A DNA stretch of 64,000 nt from the human T2T-CHM13v2.0 reference genome, Homo sapiens. A model generated the notes under the pieces. That model saw nothing but the letters and a program-made list of their open reading frames with translations. It did no database searches and was not told where the DNA came from. Below are positions 28,374 to 42,598 of this stretch, in pieces. The stretch is from the NCBI RefSeq assembly GCF_009914755.1, contig NC_060948.1; one strand, written 5' to 3'. A program made the translations under genes and the position numbers. Position 1 is the stretch's first letter; every line of letters begins with the position of its first letter.

Positions 28374-31300
28374 AATGCACTCGAATGCAATGGAGTCGAA
28401 ACTAATGGACTGGAATAGAATGGACTCGACTGGTACGGACTCCAATGGAATGGAATCGAATGGAAGGGAATCGAACGGAATGGACTCGAAGGGAAAAGAC
28501 TGCAATGGAAAGGTCTCGAATGGAATGGAAATTAATGGAATGGAATGGAATCGAATGAAATGGAGTCGAAAGGAATGGAATCGAATGGCAAGAAATCGAA
28601 TGTAATGGAATCGCAAGGAATTGATGTGAACGGAACGGAATGGAATGGAATCCAAAGGAATGGAATAGAATGGAATGGAATCGAATGGAAAGGACTCGAA
28701 TGGAAATCACTCGAATAGAATACAATTTAATAAAATAGGATCAAATGTAATGGAATGGAATGGAAAGGAATCGAAACGAAAGGAATGGAGACAGATGGAA
28801 TGGAATGGAACAGAGAGCAATGGTATAGAATGGAATGGAATCATCTGGAATGGAATTGAATGGAATGGAATAATATGAAATGGAATGCAATGGAATGGAA
28901 TGGAATGCCCTTGAATTAAATGGACTGGAATGGAATGGACTCGAACAGAGTGGAATGGAAAGTGTTGAGATAGAATGGAATGGACTCCTTTGGAATGGTG
29001 TAGTATGCAATGCAATCGACTGGCAGGGAATCAAAAGGAATGTAATCGAATGGATTGGACTGGAATGCAATGGACTCGAATAGATTGGAAACGGAATGCA
29101 AAGGAATGGAATGGAATAGTATGGAATGGAATGGAAAGGAATGGAGTGGAATAGACTAGAGTGGAATGGAATGGACTGGAAAGCAATGGACTGGAATGGA
29201 ACTTTCTTGAATGGACTGGAATCAAACGGAATGGAATGCAATGCAATCAAATGGCATGGAATAAAATAGAATGAAAGAGAATCAAATGGAATTGAATCGA
29301 ATGGAATCGAATGGATTGGAAAGGAATAGAATGGAATGGAATGGAATTGACTCAAATGGAATGGACTAGAATGGAATGGATTCGAATGGAAGGCAAAGGA
29401 ATGGAATATATTGGAATGGACTGTAATGGAATGGAATGGAAGGGATTGGAATGGACTCGAATGGAATGGACTGCAATAGAAAGGATTCGAATTGAATGAA
29501 AAAGATTTGAATGGAATAGAACAGAATGGAATCAAATCGAATGAAATGGAATGGAATAGAAAGGAATGGAATGAAATGGAATGGAAAGGATTCGAATGGA
29601 ATGCAATCGAATGGAATGGAATCGAACGGAATGGAATAAAATGGAAGAAAACTGGCAAGAAATGGAATCGAAATGAATGGAGTGTTATGGAACGGACTCA
29701 AAAGGAATTGAATGTAATAGAATGGAGTGGAGTGGACTCGAATATAATGGACTGGAATGGAATGAAATCACATGGAATGGGAACGAATGGAATGGAATGG
29801 AAAGGAATGGAATCGAATGGAAAGGAATCGAATGGAAGGGAATGAAATTGAATCAACAGGAATGGAAGGGAATAGAATAGACGGTAATGGAATGGACTCG
29901 AATAGAATGGACACGAATGCTCAAATTGAATGGACTCGAATGGAATGGAAACGAAAGGAATGTCATCGAATGGAATTGAATCGATTGGAATGAAATTGCA
30001 TAGAATGGAGTGGAATCAAATGGAATTGAATCGAAAGGAAAGGAAGCGAATGGACTGAAATGAAATGGAATGGAATTGAATGGAAAGTAATGCAATGGAA
30101 TAGAATGGAACGAAATTTCACGGAATGGAATCAAACTGAATGGAATCAAATCAATGGAATCTAATCAAATGGAATGGAAAGGAATTGAATGGAGTAGATT
30201 GGATTGGATGGGATTGGAATGAAATGTACTGGAAAGGACTCGAATTTCATGAAACGGAATGGAATGAATTGGAACGGAATGGACTCGAATGGAATGGAAT
30301 GTCATGGAATGGCATCAAATGGAATGGCATCAAATGGAATGGAATCGAATGCAATGGAATGTTATGGAATGGAATGGAATGCATTGGAATGGAATGTCCT
30401 CTAATGGAATGGATTCGAGTGGAATGGAATCGAATATAATGGAGTCGAATGAAATGGAATTGAAAGGAATGGGATCGAATACAATAGAATATACTGGAAT
30501 GTAATGTAATGAACTCGAATGTAATTGACTGGAATGGAATGTACATGAATGGAATGTAATCGAATGGAAAGTAATCCAATGGAATAGAATCTAATGCAAT
30601 AAAACCGACTCAGATAGAGTAGAATGTAATGGAATGGAGTGCAGTGCAATGGTATGGAATGGAATTGAATGCAATGGAATGGAATGGAATGGAATGGAAT
30701 GGAATGGAATGGAATGGAATGGGATGGAATGGTATGGAATGGATAGTAATGGACTGGAGTGAAATGGACTGGAAAGGAATGGACTCAAATTGAAAGGGCT
30801 CGAAAGGAATGGAGTCAAATGGAATGGTCTGGAATGGAATGAACACGAATGTAATGCAACCCAATAGAATGGAATCGAATGGCATGGAATATAAAGAAAT
30901 GGAATCGAAGAGAATGGAAACAAATGGAATGGAATTGAATGGAATGGAATTGAATGGAATGGGAACGAATGGAGTGAAATTGTATGCAGTAGAAGAGAAT
31001 AGAATGGAATGCAAGCGAAAGGAAAGGAATGGATTGGAATGGAATGGAATTCATTGGAATGGAAGGGAATGTAGTGTAATGGACAGGCCTGGAATAAAGT
31101 GGAATGCTACGGTCTCGAATGGAATAAAAATGTATGGAATGGAATGCAATGAAACGGAATCGAATGTCATAGAATGTAATGGAATGCAAAAAAATGGAAT
31201 CCAAAATCATTGACTGGAAAGGCTTGGTGTCGAAAGGAATTGACTCCAATGGAATGGAATCGAATGGAATGGAAGTGAATAGAATCGAACTAAATCGAAT

Positions 31301-31942
31301 GGAATGGAATTGATAGGAACGGAATGGAAAGGAATGCAATGATTTGGCATGGAATGGAATCGAATGGCATCGAATGGAATGGAATGGAATGCAATGGAAT
31401 GGAATGTATTAGAATGTAATGAACTTTAATGGAATGTACTCGAATGGATTCGACTGGAATGGAATGTTCTGGAAGTGAATGGACTCCAATGGAATGGATT
31501 CAAAAGGAATGGAATCGTACGGAATGGAATCTAATGGAATGGAATTAAATGGAAATGAATCAAATTGAATAGCACGGAATTGAATTGAATGGAATGGAAT
31601 GCAATGGAATCTAATGAAACGGAAAGGAAAGGAATGGAATGGAATGGAATGGGCTGGAATGGAAAGGAATCGAAACGAATGGAATGGAATCGAACTGAAG
31701 AGACTGGAATGGAATGCACTGGAATGGAAGGGAGTGTAATGGAAGGTTCTCGAAAAAAATGGAATCGAATGGAATGGAATTGAATGGAACGGAATAGAGT
31801 CGAATGGAATTGAATGGAATGGAATGGACTAGAGTGAAATGGAATCGAACCACAAGGAATGGACAGGAATAGAATGGTCTCGAATTGAATGGGATCGTAT
31901 GGAATGGCATCAAACGGAATGGAATGGACAGCCACGGAATGG
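28374..31942 (+). repeat. DYZ1 unit 9 (3569 bp)
   Basis: Landmark spacing. Long pure tract near 30675-30730. Confidence 0.93.
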
Positions 31943-34900
31943 AATGCACTCGAATGCAATGGAGTCGAAACTAATGGACTGGAATAGAATGGACTCGACT
32001 GGTACGGACTCCAATGGAATGGAATCGAATGGAAGGGAATCGAACGGAATGGACTCGAAGGGAAAAGACTGCAATGGAAAGGTCTCGAATGGAATGGAAA
32101 TTAATGGAATGGAATGGAATCGAATGAAATGGAGTCAAAAGGAATGGAATCGAATGGCAAGAAATCGAATGTAATGGAATCGCAAGGAATTGATGTGAAC
32201 GGAACGGAATGGAATGGAATCCAAAGGAATGGAATAGAATGGAATGGAATCGAATGGAAAGGACTCGAATGGAAATCACTCGAATAGAATGCAATTTAAT
32301 AAAATAGGATCAAATGTAATGGAATGGAATGGAAAGGAATCGAAACGAAAGGAATGGAGACAGATGGAATGGAATGGAACAGAGAGCAATGGTATAGAAT
32401 GGAATGGAATCATCTGGAATGGAATTGAATGGAATGGAATAATATGAAATGGAATGGAATGGAATGGAATGGAATGCCCTTGAATTAAATGGACTGGACT
32501 CGAACAGAGTGGAATGGAAAGTGTTGAGATAGAATGGAATGGACTCCTTTGGAATGGTGTAGTATGCAATGCAATCGACTGGCATGGAATCAAAAGGAAT
32601 GTAATCGAATGGATTGGACTGGAATGCAATGGACTCGAATAGATTGGAAACGGAATGCAAAGGAATGGAATGGAATAGTATGGAATGGAATGGAAAGGAA
32701 TGGAGTGGAATAGACTAGAGTGGAATGGAATGGACTGGAAAGCAATGGACTGGAATGGAACTTTCTTGAATGGACTGGAATCAAACGGAATGGAATGCAA
32801 TGCAATCAAATGGCATGGAATAAAATAGAATGAAAGAGAATCAAATGGAATTGAATCGAATGGAATCGAATGGATTGGAAAGGAATAGAATGGAATGGAA
32901 TGGAATTGACTCAAATGGAATGGACTAGAATGGAATGGATTCGAATGGAAGGCAAAGGAATGGAATCTATTGGAATGGACTGTAATGGAATGGAATGGAA
33001 GGGATTGGAATGGACTCGAATGGAATGGACTGCAATAGAAAGGATTCGAATGGAATGAAAAAGAATTGAATGGAATAGAACAGAATGGAATCAAATCGAA
33101 TGAAATGGAATGGAATAGAAAGGAATGGAATGAAATGGAATGGAAAGGATTCGAATGGAATGCAATCGAATGGAATGGAATAAAATGGAAGAAAACAGGC
33201 AAGAAATGGAATCGAAAGGAATGGAGTGTTATGGAACGGACTCAAAAGGAATTGAATGTAATAGAATGGAGTGGAGTGGACTCGAATATAATGGACTGGA
33301 ATGGAATGAAATCACATGGAATGGGAACGAATGGAATGGAATGGAAAGGAATGGAATCGAATGGAAAGGAATCGAATGGAAGGGAATGAAATTGAATCAA
33401 CAGGAATGGAAGGGAATAGAATAGACGGTAATGGAATGGACTCGAATAGAATGGACACGAATGCTCAAATTGAATGGACTCGAATGGAATGGAAACGAAA
33501 GGAATGTCATCGAATGGAATTGAATCGATTGGAATGAAATCGCATAGAATGGAGTGGAATCAAATGGAATTGAATCGAAAGGAAAGGAAGCGAATGGACT
33601 GAAATGAAATGGAATGGAATTGAATGGAAAGTAATGCAATGGAATAGAATGGAACGAAATTTCACGGAATGGAATCAAACTGAATGGAATCAAATCAATG
33701 GAATATAATCAAATGGAATGGAAAGGAATTGAATGGAGTAGATTGGATTGGATGGGATTGGAATGAAATGTACTGGAAAGGACTCGAATTTCATGAAACG
33801 GAATGGAATGAATTGGAACGGAATGGACTCGAATGGAATGGAATGTCATGGAATGGCATCAAATGGAATGGCATCAAATGGAATGGAATCGAATGCAATG
33901 GAATGCTATGGAATGGAATGGAATGCATTGGAATGGAATGTCCTCTAATGGAATGGATTCGAGTGGAATGGAATCGAATATAATGGAGTCGAATGAAATG
34001 GAATTGAAAGGAATGGGATCGAATACAATGGAATATACTGGAATGTAATGTAATGAACTCGAATGTAATTGACTGGAATGGAATGTACATGAATGGAATG
34101 TAATCGAATGGAAAGTAATCCAATGGAATAGAATCTAATGCAATAAAATCGACTCAGATAGAGTAGAATGTAATGGAATGGAGTGCAGTGCAATGGAATG
34201 GAATGGAATGGAATGCAATGTAATGGAATGGAATGGAATGGAATGGAATGGGATGGAATGGTATGGAATGGACAGTAATGGACTGGAGTGAAATGGACTG
34301 GAAAGGAATGGACTCAAATTGAAAGGGCTCGAAAGGAATAGAGACAAATGGAATGGTCTGGAATGGAATGAACACGAATGTAATGCAATCCAATAGAATG
34401 GAGTCGAATGGCATGGAATATAAAGAAATGGAATCGAAGAGAATGGAAACAAATGGAATGGAATTGAATGGAATGGAATTGAATGGAATGGGAACGAATG
34501 GAGTGAAATTTTATGCAGTAGAAGAGAATAGAATGGAATGCAAGAGAAACGAAAGGAATGGATTGGAATGGAATGGAATTCATTGGAATGGAATGGAATG
34601 TAGTGTAATGGACAGGCCTGGAATAAAGTGGAATGCTACGGTCTCGAATGGAATAAAAATGTATGGAATGGAATGCAATGAAACGGAATCGAATGTCATA
34701 GAATGTAATGGAATGCAAAAAAATGGAATCCAAAATCATTGACTGGAAAGGCTGGGTGTCAAAAGGAATTGACTCCAATGGAATGGAATCGAATGGAATG
34801 GAAGTGAATAGAATCGAACTAAATCGAATGGAATGGAATTGATAGGAACGGAATGGAAAGGAATGCAATGATTTGGCATGGAATGGAATCGAATGGCATC

Positions 34901-35471
34901 GAATGGAATGGAATGGAATGCAATGGAATGGAATGTATTAGAATGAAATGAACTTTAATGGAATGTACTCGAATGGATTCGACTGGAATGGAATGTTCTG
35001 GAAGTGAATGGACTCCAATGGAATGGATTCAAAAGGAATGGAATCGGACGGAATGGAATCTAATGGAATGGAATTAAATGGAAATGAATCAAATTGAATA
35101 GCACGGAATTGAATTGAATGGAATGGAATGCAATGGAATCTAATGAAACGGAAAGGAAAGGAATGGAATGGAATGGAATGGGCTGGAATGGAAAGGAATC
35201 GAAACGAATGGAATGGAATCGAACTGAAGAGACTGGAATGGAATGCACTGGAATGGAAGGGAGTGTAATGGAAGGTTCTCGAAAAAAATGGAATCGAATG
35301 GAATGGAATTGAATGGAACGGAATAGAGTCGAATGGAATTGAATGGAATGGAATGGACTAGAGTGAAATGGAATCGAACCACAAGGAATGGACAGGAATA
35401 GAATGGTCTCGAATTGAATGGAATCGTATGGAATGGCATCAAACGGAATGGAATGGACAGCCACGGAATGG
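31943..35471 (+). repeat. DYZ1 unit 10 (3529 bp)
   Basis: 10-bp deletion near 32495 and 15-bp deletion near 33175. Confidence 0.93.
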
Positions 35472-38400
35472 AATGCACTCGAATGCAATGGAGTCGAAAC
35501 TAATGGACTGGAATAGAATGGACTCGACTGGTACGGACTCCAATGGAATGGAATCGAATGGAAGGGAATCGAACGGAAGGGAATCGAACGGAATGGACTC
35601 GAAGGGAAAAGACTGCAATGGAAAGGTCTCGAATGGAATGGAAATTAATGGAATGGAATGGAATCGAATGAAATGGAGTCAAAAGGAATGGAATCGAATG
35701 GCAAGAAATCGAATGTAATGGAATCGCAAGGAATTGATGTGAACGGAACGGAATGGAATGGAATCCAAAGGAATGGAATAGAATGGAATGGAATCGAATG
35801 GAAAGGACTCCAATGGAAATCACTCGAATAGAATGCAATTTAATAAAATAGGATCAAATGTAATGGAATGGAATGGAAAGGAATCGAAACGAAAGGAATG
35901 GAGACAGATGGAATGGAATGGAACAGAGAGCAATGGTATAGAATGGAATGGAATCATCTGGAATGGAATTGAATGGAATGGAATAATATGAAATGGAATG
36001 GAATGGAATGGAATGGAATGCCCTTGAATTAAATGGACTGGAATGGAATGGACTCAAACAGAGTGGAATGGAAAGTGTTGAGATAGAATGGAATGAACTT
36101 CTTTGGAATGGTCTAGTAGGCAATGCAATCGACTGGCAGGGAATCAAAAGGAATGTAATCGAATAGATTGGACTGGAATGCAATGGACTCGAATAGATTG
36201 GAAACGGAATGCAAAGGAATGGAATGGAATAGTATGGAATGGAATGGAAAGGAATGGAGTGGAATAGACTAGAGTGGAATGGAATGGACTGGAAAGCAAT
36301 GGACTGGAATGGAACTTTCTTGAATGGACTGGAATCAAACGGAATGGAATGCAATGCAATCAAATGGCATGGAATAAAATAGAATGAAAGAGAATCAAAT
36401 GGAATTGAATCGAATGGAATCGAATGGATTGGAAAGGAATAGAATGGAATGGAATGGAATGGACTCAAATGGAATGGACTAGAATGGAATGGATTCGAAT
36501 GGAAGGCAAAGGAATGGAATCTATTGGAATGGACTGTAATGGAATGGAATGGAAGGGATTGGAATGGACTCGAATGGAATGGACTGCAATAGAAAGGATT
36601 CGAATGGAATGAAAAAGAATTGAATGGAATAGAACAGAATGGAATCTAATCGAATGAAATGGAATGGAATAGAAAGGAATGGAATGAAATGGAATGAAAA
36701 GGATTCGAATGGAATGCAATCGAATGGAATGGAATCGAACGGAATGGAATAAAATGGAAGAAAACTGGCAAGAAATGGAATCGAAATGAATGGAGTGTTA
36801 TGGAACGGACTCAAAAGGAATTGAATGTAATAGAATGGAGTGGAGTGGACTCGAATATAATGGACTGGAATGGAATGAAATCACATGGAATGGGAACGAA
36901 TGGAATGGAATGGAAAGGAATGGAATCGAATGGAAAGGAATCGAATGGAAGGGAATGAAATTGAATCAACAGGAATGGAAGGGAATAGAATAGACGGTAA
37001 TGGAATGGACTCGAATAGAATGGACACGAATGCTCAAATTGAATGGACTCGAATGGAATGGAAACGAAAGGAATGTCATCGAATGGAATTGAATCGATTG
37101 GAATGAAATCGCATAGAATGGAGTGGAATCAAATGGAATTGAATCGAAAGGAAAGGAAGCGAATGGACTGAAATGAAATGGAATGGAATTGAATGGAAAG
37201 TAATGCAATGGAATAGAATGGAACGAAATTTCACGGAATGGAATCAAACTGAATGGAATCAAATCAATGGAATCAAATCAAATGGAATGGAAAGGAATTG
37301 AATGGAGTAGATTGGATTGGATGGGATTGGAATGAAATGTACTGGAAAGGACTCGAATTTCATGAAACGGAATGGAATGAATTGGAACGGAATGGACTCG
37401 AATGGAATGGAATGTCATGGGATGGCATCAAATGGAATGGCATCAAATGGAATGGAATCGAATGCAATGGAATGCTATGGAATGGAATGGAATGCATTGG
37501 AATGGAATGTCCTCTAATGGAATGGATTCGAGTGGAATGGAATCGAATATAATGGAGTCGAATGAAATGGAATTGAAAGGAATGGGATCGAATACAATGG
37601 AATATACTGGAATGTAATGTAATGAACTCGAATGTAATTGACTGGAATGGAATGTAATCGAATGGAAAGTAATCCAATGGAATAGAATCTAATGCAATAA
37701 AATCGACTCAGATAGAGTAGAATGTAATGGAATGGAGTGCAGTGCAATGGAATGGAATGGAATGGAATGCAATGGAATGGAATGGAATGGAATGGAATGG
37801 AATGGAATGGAATGGAATGGAATGGGATGGAATGGTATGGAATGGATAGTAATGGACTGGAATGAAATGGACTGGAAAAGAATGGACTCAAATTGAAAGG
37901 GCTCGAAAGGAATGGAGTCAAATGGAATTGTCTGGAATGGAATGAACACGAATGTAATGCAATCCAATAGAATGGAATCGAATGGCATGGAATATAAAGA
38001 AATGGAATCGAAGAGAATGGAAACAAATGGAATGGAATTGAATGGAATGGAATTGAATGGAATGGGAACGAATGGAGTGAAATTGTATGCAGTAGAAGAG
38101 AATAGAATGGAATGCAAGCGAAAGGAAAGGAATGGATTGCAATGGAATGGAATTCATTGGAATGGAAGGGAATGTAGTGTAATGGACAGGCCTGGAATAA
38201 AGTGGAATGCTACGGTCTCGAATGGAATAAAAATGTATGGAATGGAATGCAATGAAACGGAATCGAATGTCATCGAATGTAATGGAATGCAAAAAAATGG
38301 ACTCCAAAATCATTGACTGGAAAGGCTGGGGGTCGAAAGGAATTGACTGCAATGGAATGGAATCGAATGGAATGGAAGTGAATAGAATCGAACTAAATCG

Positions 38401-39044
38401 AATGGAATGGAATTGATAGGAACGGAATGGAAAGGAATGCAATGATTTGGCATGGAATGGAATCGAATGGCATCAAATGTAATGGAATGGAATGCAATGG
38501 AATGGAATGTATTAGAATGTAATGAACATTAATGGAATGTACTCGAATGGATTCGACTGGAATGGAATGTTCTGGAAGTGAATGGACTCCAATGGAATGG
38601 ATTCGAAAGGAATGGAATCGAACGGAATGGAATCTAATGGAATGGAATTAAATGGAAATGAATCAAATTGAATAGCACGGAATTGAATTGAATGGAATCG
38701 AATGCAATGGAATCTAATGAAACGGAAAGGAAAGAATGGAATGGAATGGAATGGGCTGGAATGGAAAGGAATCGAAACGAATGGAATGGAATCGAACTGA
38801 AGAGACTGGAATGGAATGCACTGGAATGGAAGGGAGTGTAATGGAAGGTTCTCGAAAAAAATGGAATCGAATGGAATGGAATTGAATGGAACGGAATAGA
38901 GTCGCATGAAATTGAATGGAGTGGAATGGACTAGAGTGAAATGGAATCGAACGAAAAGGAATGGACAGGAATGGAATGGTCTCGAATTGAATGGAATCGT
39001 ATGGAATGGCATCAAACGGAATGGAATGGACAGCCACGGAATGG
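35472..39044 (+). repeat. DYZ1 unit 11 (3573 bp, longest)
   Basis: 15-bp duplication at 35561-35590, 15-bp deletion near 37655, longest pure tract, and 1-bp deletion near 38733. Confidence 0.93.
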
Positions 39045-42000
39045 AATGCACTCGAATGCAATGGAGTCGAAACTAATGGACTGGAATAGAATGGACTCGA
39101 CTGGTATGGACTCCAATGGAATGGAATCGAATGGAAGGGAATCGAACGGAATGGACTCGAAGGGAAAAGACTGCAATGGAAAGGTCTCGAATGGAATGGA
39201 AATTAATGGAATGGAATGGAATCGAATGAAATGGAGTCAAAAGGAATGGAATCGAATGGCAAGAAATCGAATGTAATGGAATCGCAAGGAATTGATGTGA
39301 ACGGAACGGAATGGAATGGAATCCAAAGGAATGGAATAGAATGGAATGGAATCGAATGGAAAGGACTCGAATGGAAATCACTCGAATAGAATGCAATTTA
39401 ATAAAATAGGATCAAATGTAATGGAATGGAATGGAAAGGAATCGAAACGAAAGGAATGGAGACAGATGGAATGGAATGGAACAGAGAGCAATGGTATAGA
39501 ATGGAATGGAATCATCTGGAATGGAATTGAATGGAATGGAATAACATGAAATGGACTGGAATGGAATGGAATGGAATGGAATGCCCTTGAATTAAATGGA
39601 CTGGACTCGAACAGAGTGGAATGGAAAGTGTTGAGATAGAATGGAATGGACTCCTTTGGAATGGTGTAGTATGCAATGCAATCGACTGGCAGGGAATCAA
39701 AAGGAATGTAATCGAATGGATTGGACTGGAATGCAATGGACTCGAATAGATTGGAAACGGAATGCAAAGGAATGGAATGGAATAGTATGGAATGCAATGG
39801 AAGGGAATGGAGTGGAATAGACTAGAGTGGAATGGAATGGACTGGAAAGCAATGGACTGGAATGGAACTTTCTTGGATGGACTGGAATCAAACGGAATGG
39901 AATGCAATGCAATCAAATGGCATGGAATAAAATAGAATGAAAGAGAATCAAATGGAATTGAATCGAATGGAATCGAATGGATTGGAAAGGAATAGAATGG
40001 AATGGAATGGAATTGACTCAAATGGAATGGACTAGAATGGAATGGATTCGAATGGAAGGCAAAGGAATGGAATCTATTGGAATGGACTGTAATGGAATGG
40101 AATGGAAGGGATTGGAATGGACTCGAATGGAATGGACTGCAATAGAAAGGATTCGAATGGAATGAAAAAGAATTGAATGGAATAGAACAGAATGGAATCA
40201 AATCGAATGGAATGGAATGGAATAGAAAGGAATGGAATGAAATGGAATGGAAAGGATTCGAATGGAATGCAATCGAATGGAATGGAATCGAACGGAATGG
40301 AATAAAATGGAAGAAAACTGGCAAGAAATGGAATCGAAATGAATGGAGTGTTATGGAATGGACTCAAAAGGAATTGAATGTAATAGAATGGAGTGGAGTG
40401 GACTCGAATATAATGGACTGGAATGGAATGAAATCACATGGAATGGGAACGAATGGAATGGAATGGAAAGGAATGGAATCGAATGGAAAGGAATCGAATG
40501 GAAGGGAATGAAATTGAATCAACAGGAATGGGAGGGAATAGAATAGACTGTAATGGAATGGACTCGAATAGAATGGACACGAATGCTCAAATTAAATTGA
40601 CTCGAATGGAATGGAAACGAAAGGAATGTCATCGAATGGAATTGAATCGATTGGAATGAAATCGCATAGAATGGAGTGGAATCAAATGGAATTGAATCGA
40701 AAGGAAAGGAAGCGAATGGACTGAAATGAAATGGAATGGAATTGAATGGAAAGTAATGCAATGGAATAGAATGGAACGAAATTTCACGGAATGGAATCAA
40801 ACTGAATGGAATCAAATCAATGGAATCAAATCAAATGGAATTGAAAGGAATTGAATGGAGTAGATGGGATTGGATGGGATTGGAATGAAATGTACTGGAA
40901 AGGACTCGAATTTCATGAAACGGAATGGAATGAATTGGAAAGGAATGGACTCGAATGGAATGGAATGTCATGGAATGGCATCAAATGGAATGGCATCAAA
41001 TGGAATGGAATCGAATGCAATGGAATGCTGTGGAATGGAATGGAATACATTGGAATGGAATGTCCTCTAATGGAATGGATTCGAGTGGAATGGAATTGAA
41101 TATAATGGAGTCGAATGAAATGGAATTGAAAGGAATGGGATCGAATACAATGGAATATACTGGAATGTAACGTAATGAACTCGAATGTAATTGACTGGAA
41201 TGGAATGTACATGAATGGAATGTAATCGAATGGAAAGTAGTCCAATGGAATAGAATCTAATGCAATAAAATCGACTCAGATAGAGTAGAATGTAATGGAA
41301 TGGAGTGCAGTGCAATGGAATGGAATGGAATGGAATGCAATGGAATGGAATGGAATGGAATGGAATGGAATGGAATGGGATGGAATGGTATGGAATGGAT
41401 AGTAATGGACTGGAGTGAAATGGACTGGAAAGGAATGGACTCAAATTGAAAGGTCTCGAAAGGAATGGAGTCAAATGGAATGGTCTGGAATGGAATGAAC
41501 ACGAATGTAATGCAATCCAATAGAATGGAATCGAATGGCATGGAATATAAAGAAATGGAATCGAAGAGAATGGAAACAAATGGAATGAAATTGAATGGAA
41601 TGGAATTGAATGGAATGTGAACGAATGGAGTGAAATTGTATGCAGTAGAAGAGAATAGAATGGAATGCAAGCGAAAGGAAAGGAATGGATTGGAATGGAA
41701 TGGAATTCATTGGAATGGAAGGGAATGTAGTGTAATGGACAGGCCTGGAATAAAGTGGAATGCTACGGTCTCGAATGGAATAAAAATGTATGGAATGGAA
41801 TGCAATGAAACGGAATCGAATGTCATAGAATGTAATGGAATGCAAAAAAATGGAATCCAAAATCATTGAATGGAAAGGCTGGGTGTCGAAAGGAATTGAC
41901 TCCAATGGAATGGAATCGAATGGAATGGAAGTGAATAGAATCGAACTAAATCGAATGGAATGGAATTGATAGGAACGGAATGGAAAGGATTGCAATGATT

Positions 42001-42598
42001 TGGCATGGAATGGAATCGAATGGCATCGAATGGAATGGAATGGAATGCAATGGAATGGAATGTATTAGAATGTAATGAACTTTAATGGAATGTACTCGAA
42101 TGGATTCGACTGGAATGGAATGTTCTGGAAGTGAATGGACTCCAATGGAATGGATTCAAAAGGAATGGAATCGTACGGAATGGAATCTAATGGAATGGAA
42201 TTAAATGGAAATGAATCAAATTGAATAGCACGGAATTGAATTGAATGGAATGGAATGCAATGGAATCTAATGAAACGGAAAGGAAAGGAATGGAATGGAA
42301 TGGAATGGGCTGGAATGGAAAGGAATCGAAACGAATGGAATGGAATCGAAGTGAAGAGACTGGAATGGTATGCACTGGAATGGAAGGGAGTGTAATGGAA
42401 GGTTCTCGAAAAAAATGGAATCGAATGGAATGCAATTGAATGGAACGGAATAGAGTCGAATGGAATTGAATGGAATGGAATGGACTAGAGTGAAATGGAA
42501 TCGAACCACAAGGAATGGACAGGAATAGAATGGTCTCGAATTGAATGGAATCGTATGGAATGGCATCAAACGGAATGGAATGGACAGCCACGGAATGG
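39045..42598 (+). repeat. DYZ1 unit 12 (3554 bp)
   Basis: Landmark spacing. 10-bp deletion near 39600. Confidence 0.93.
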
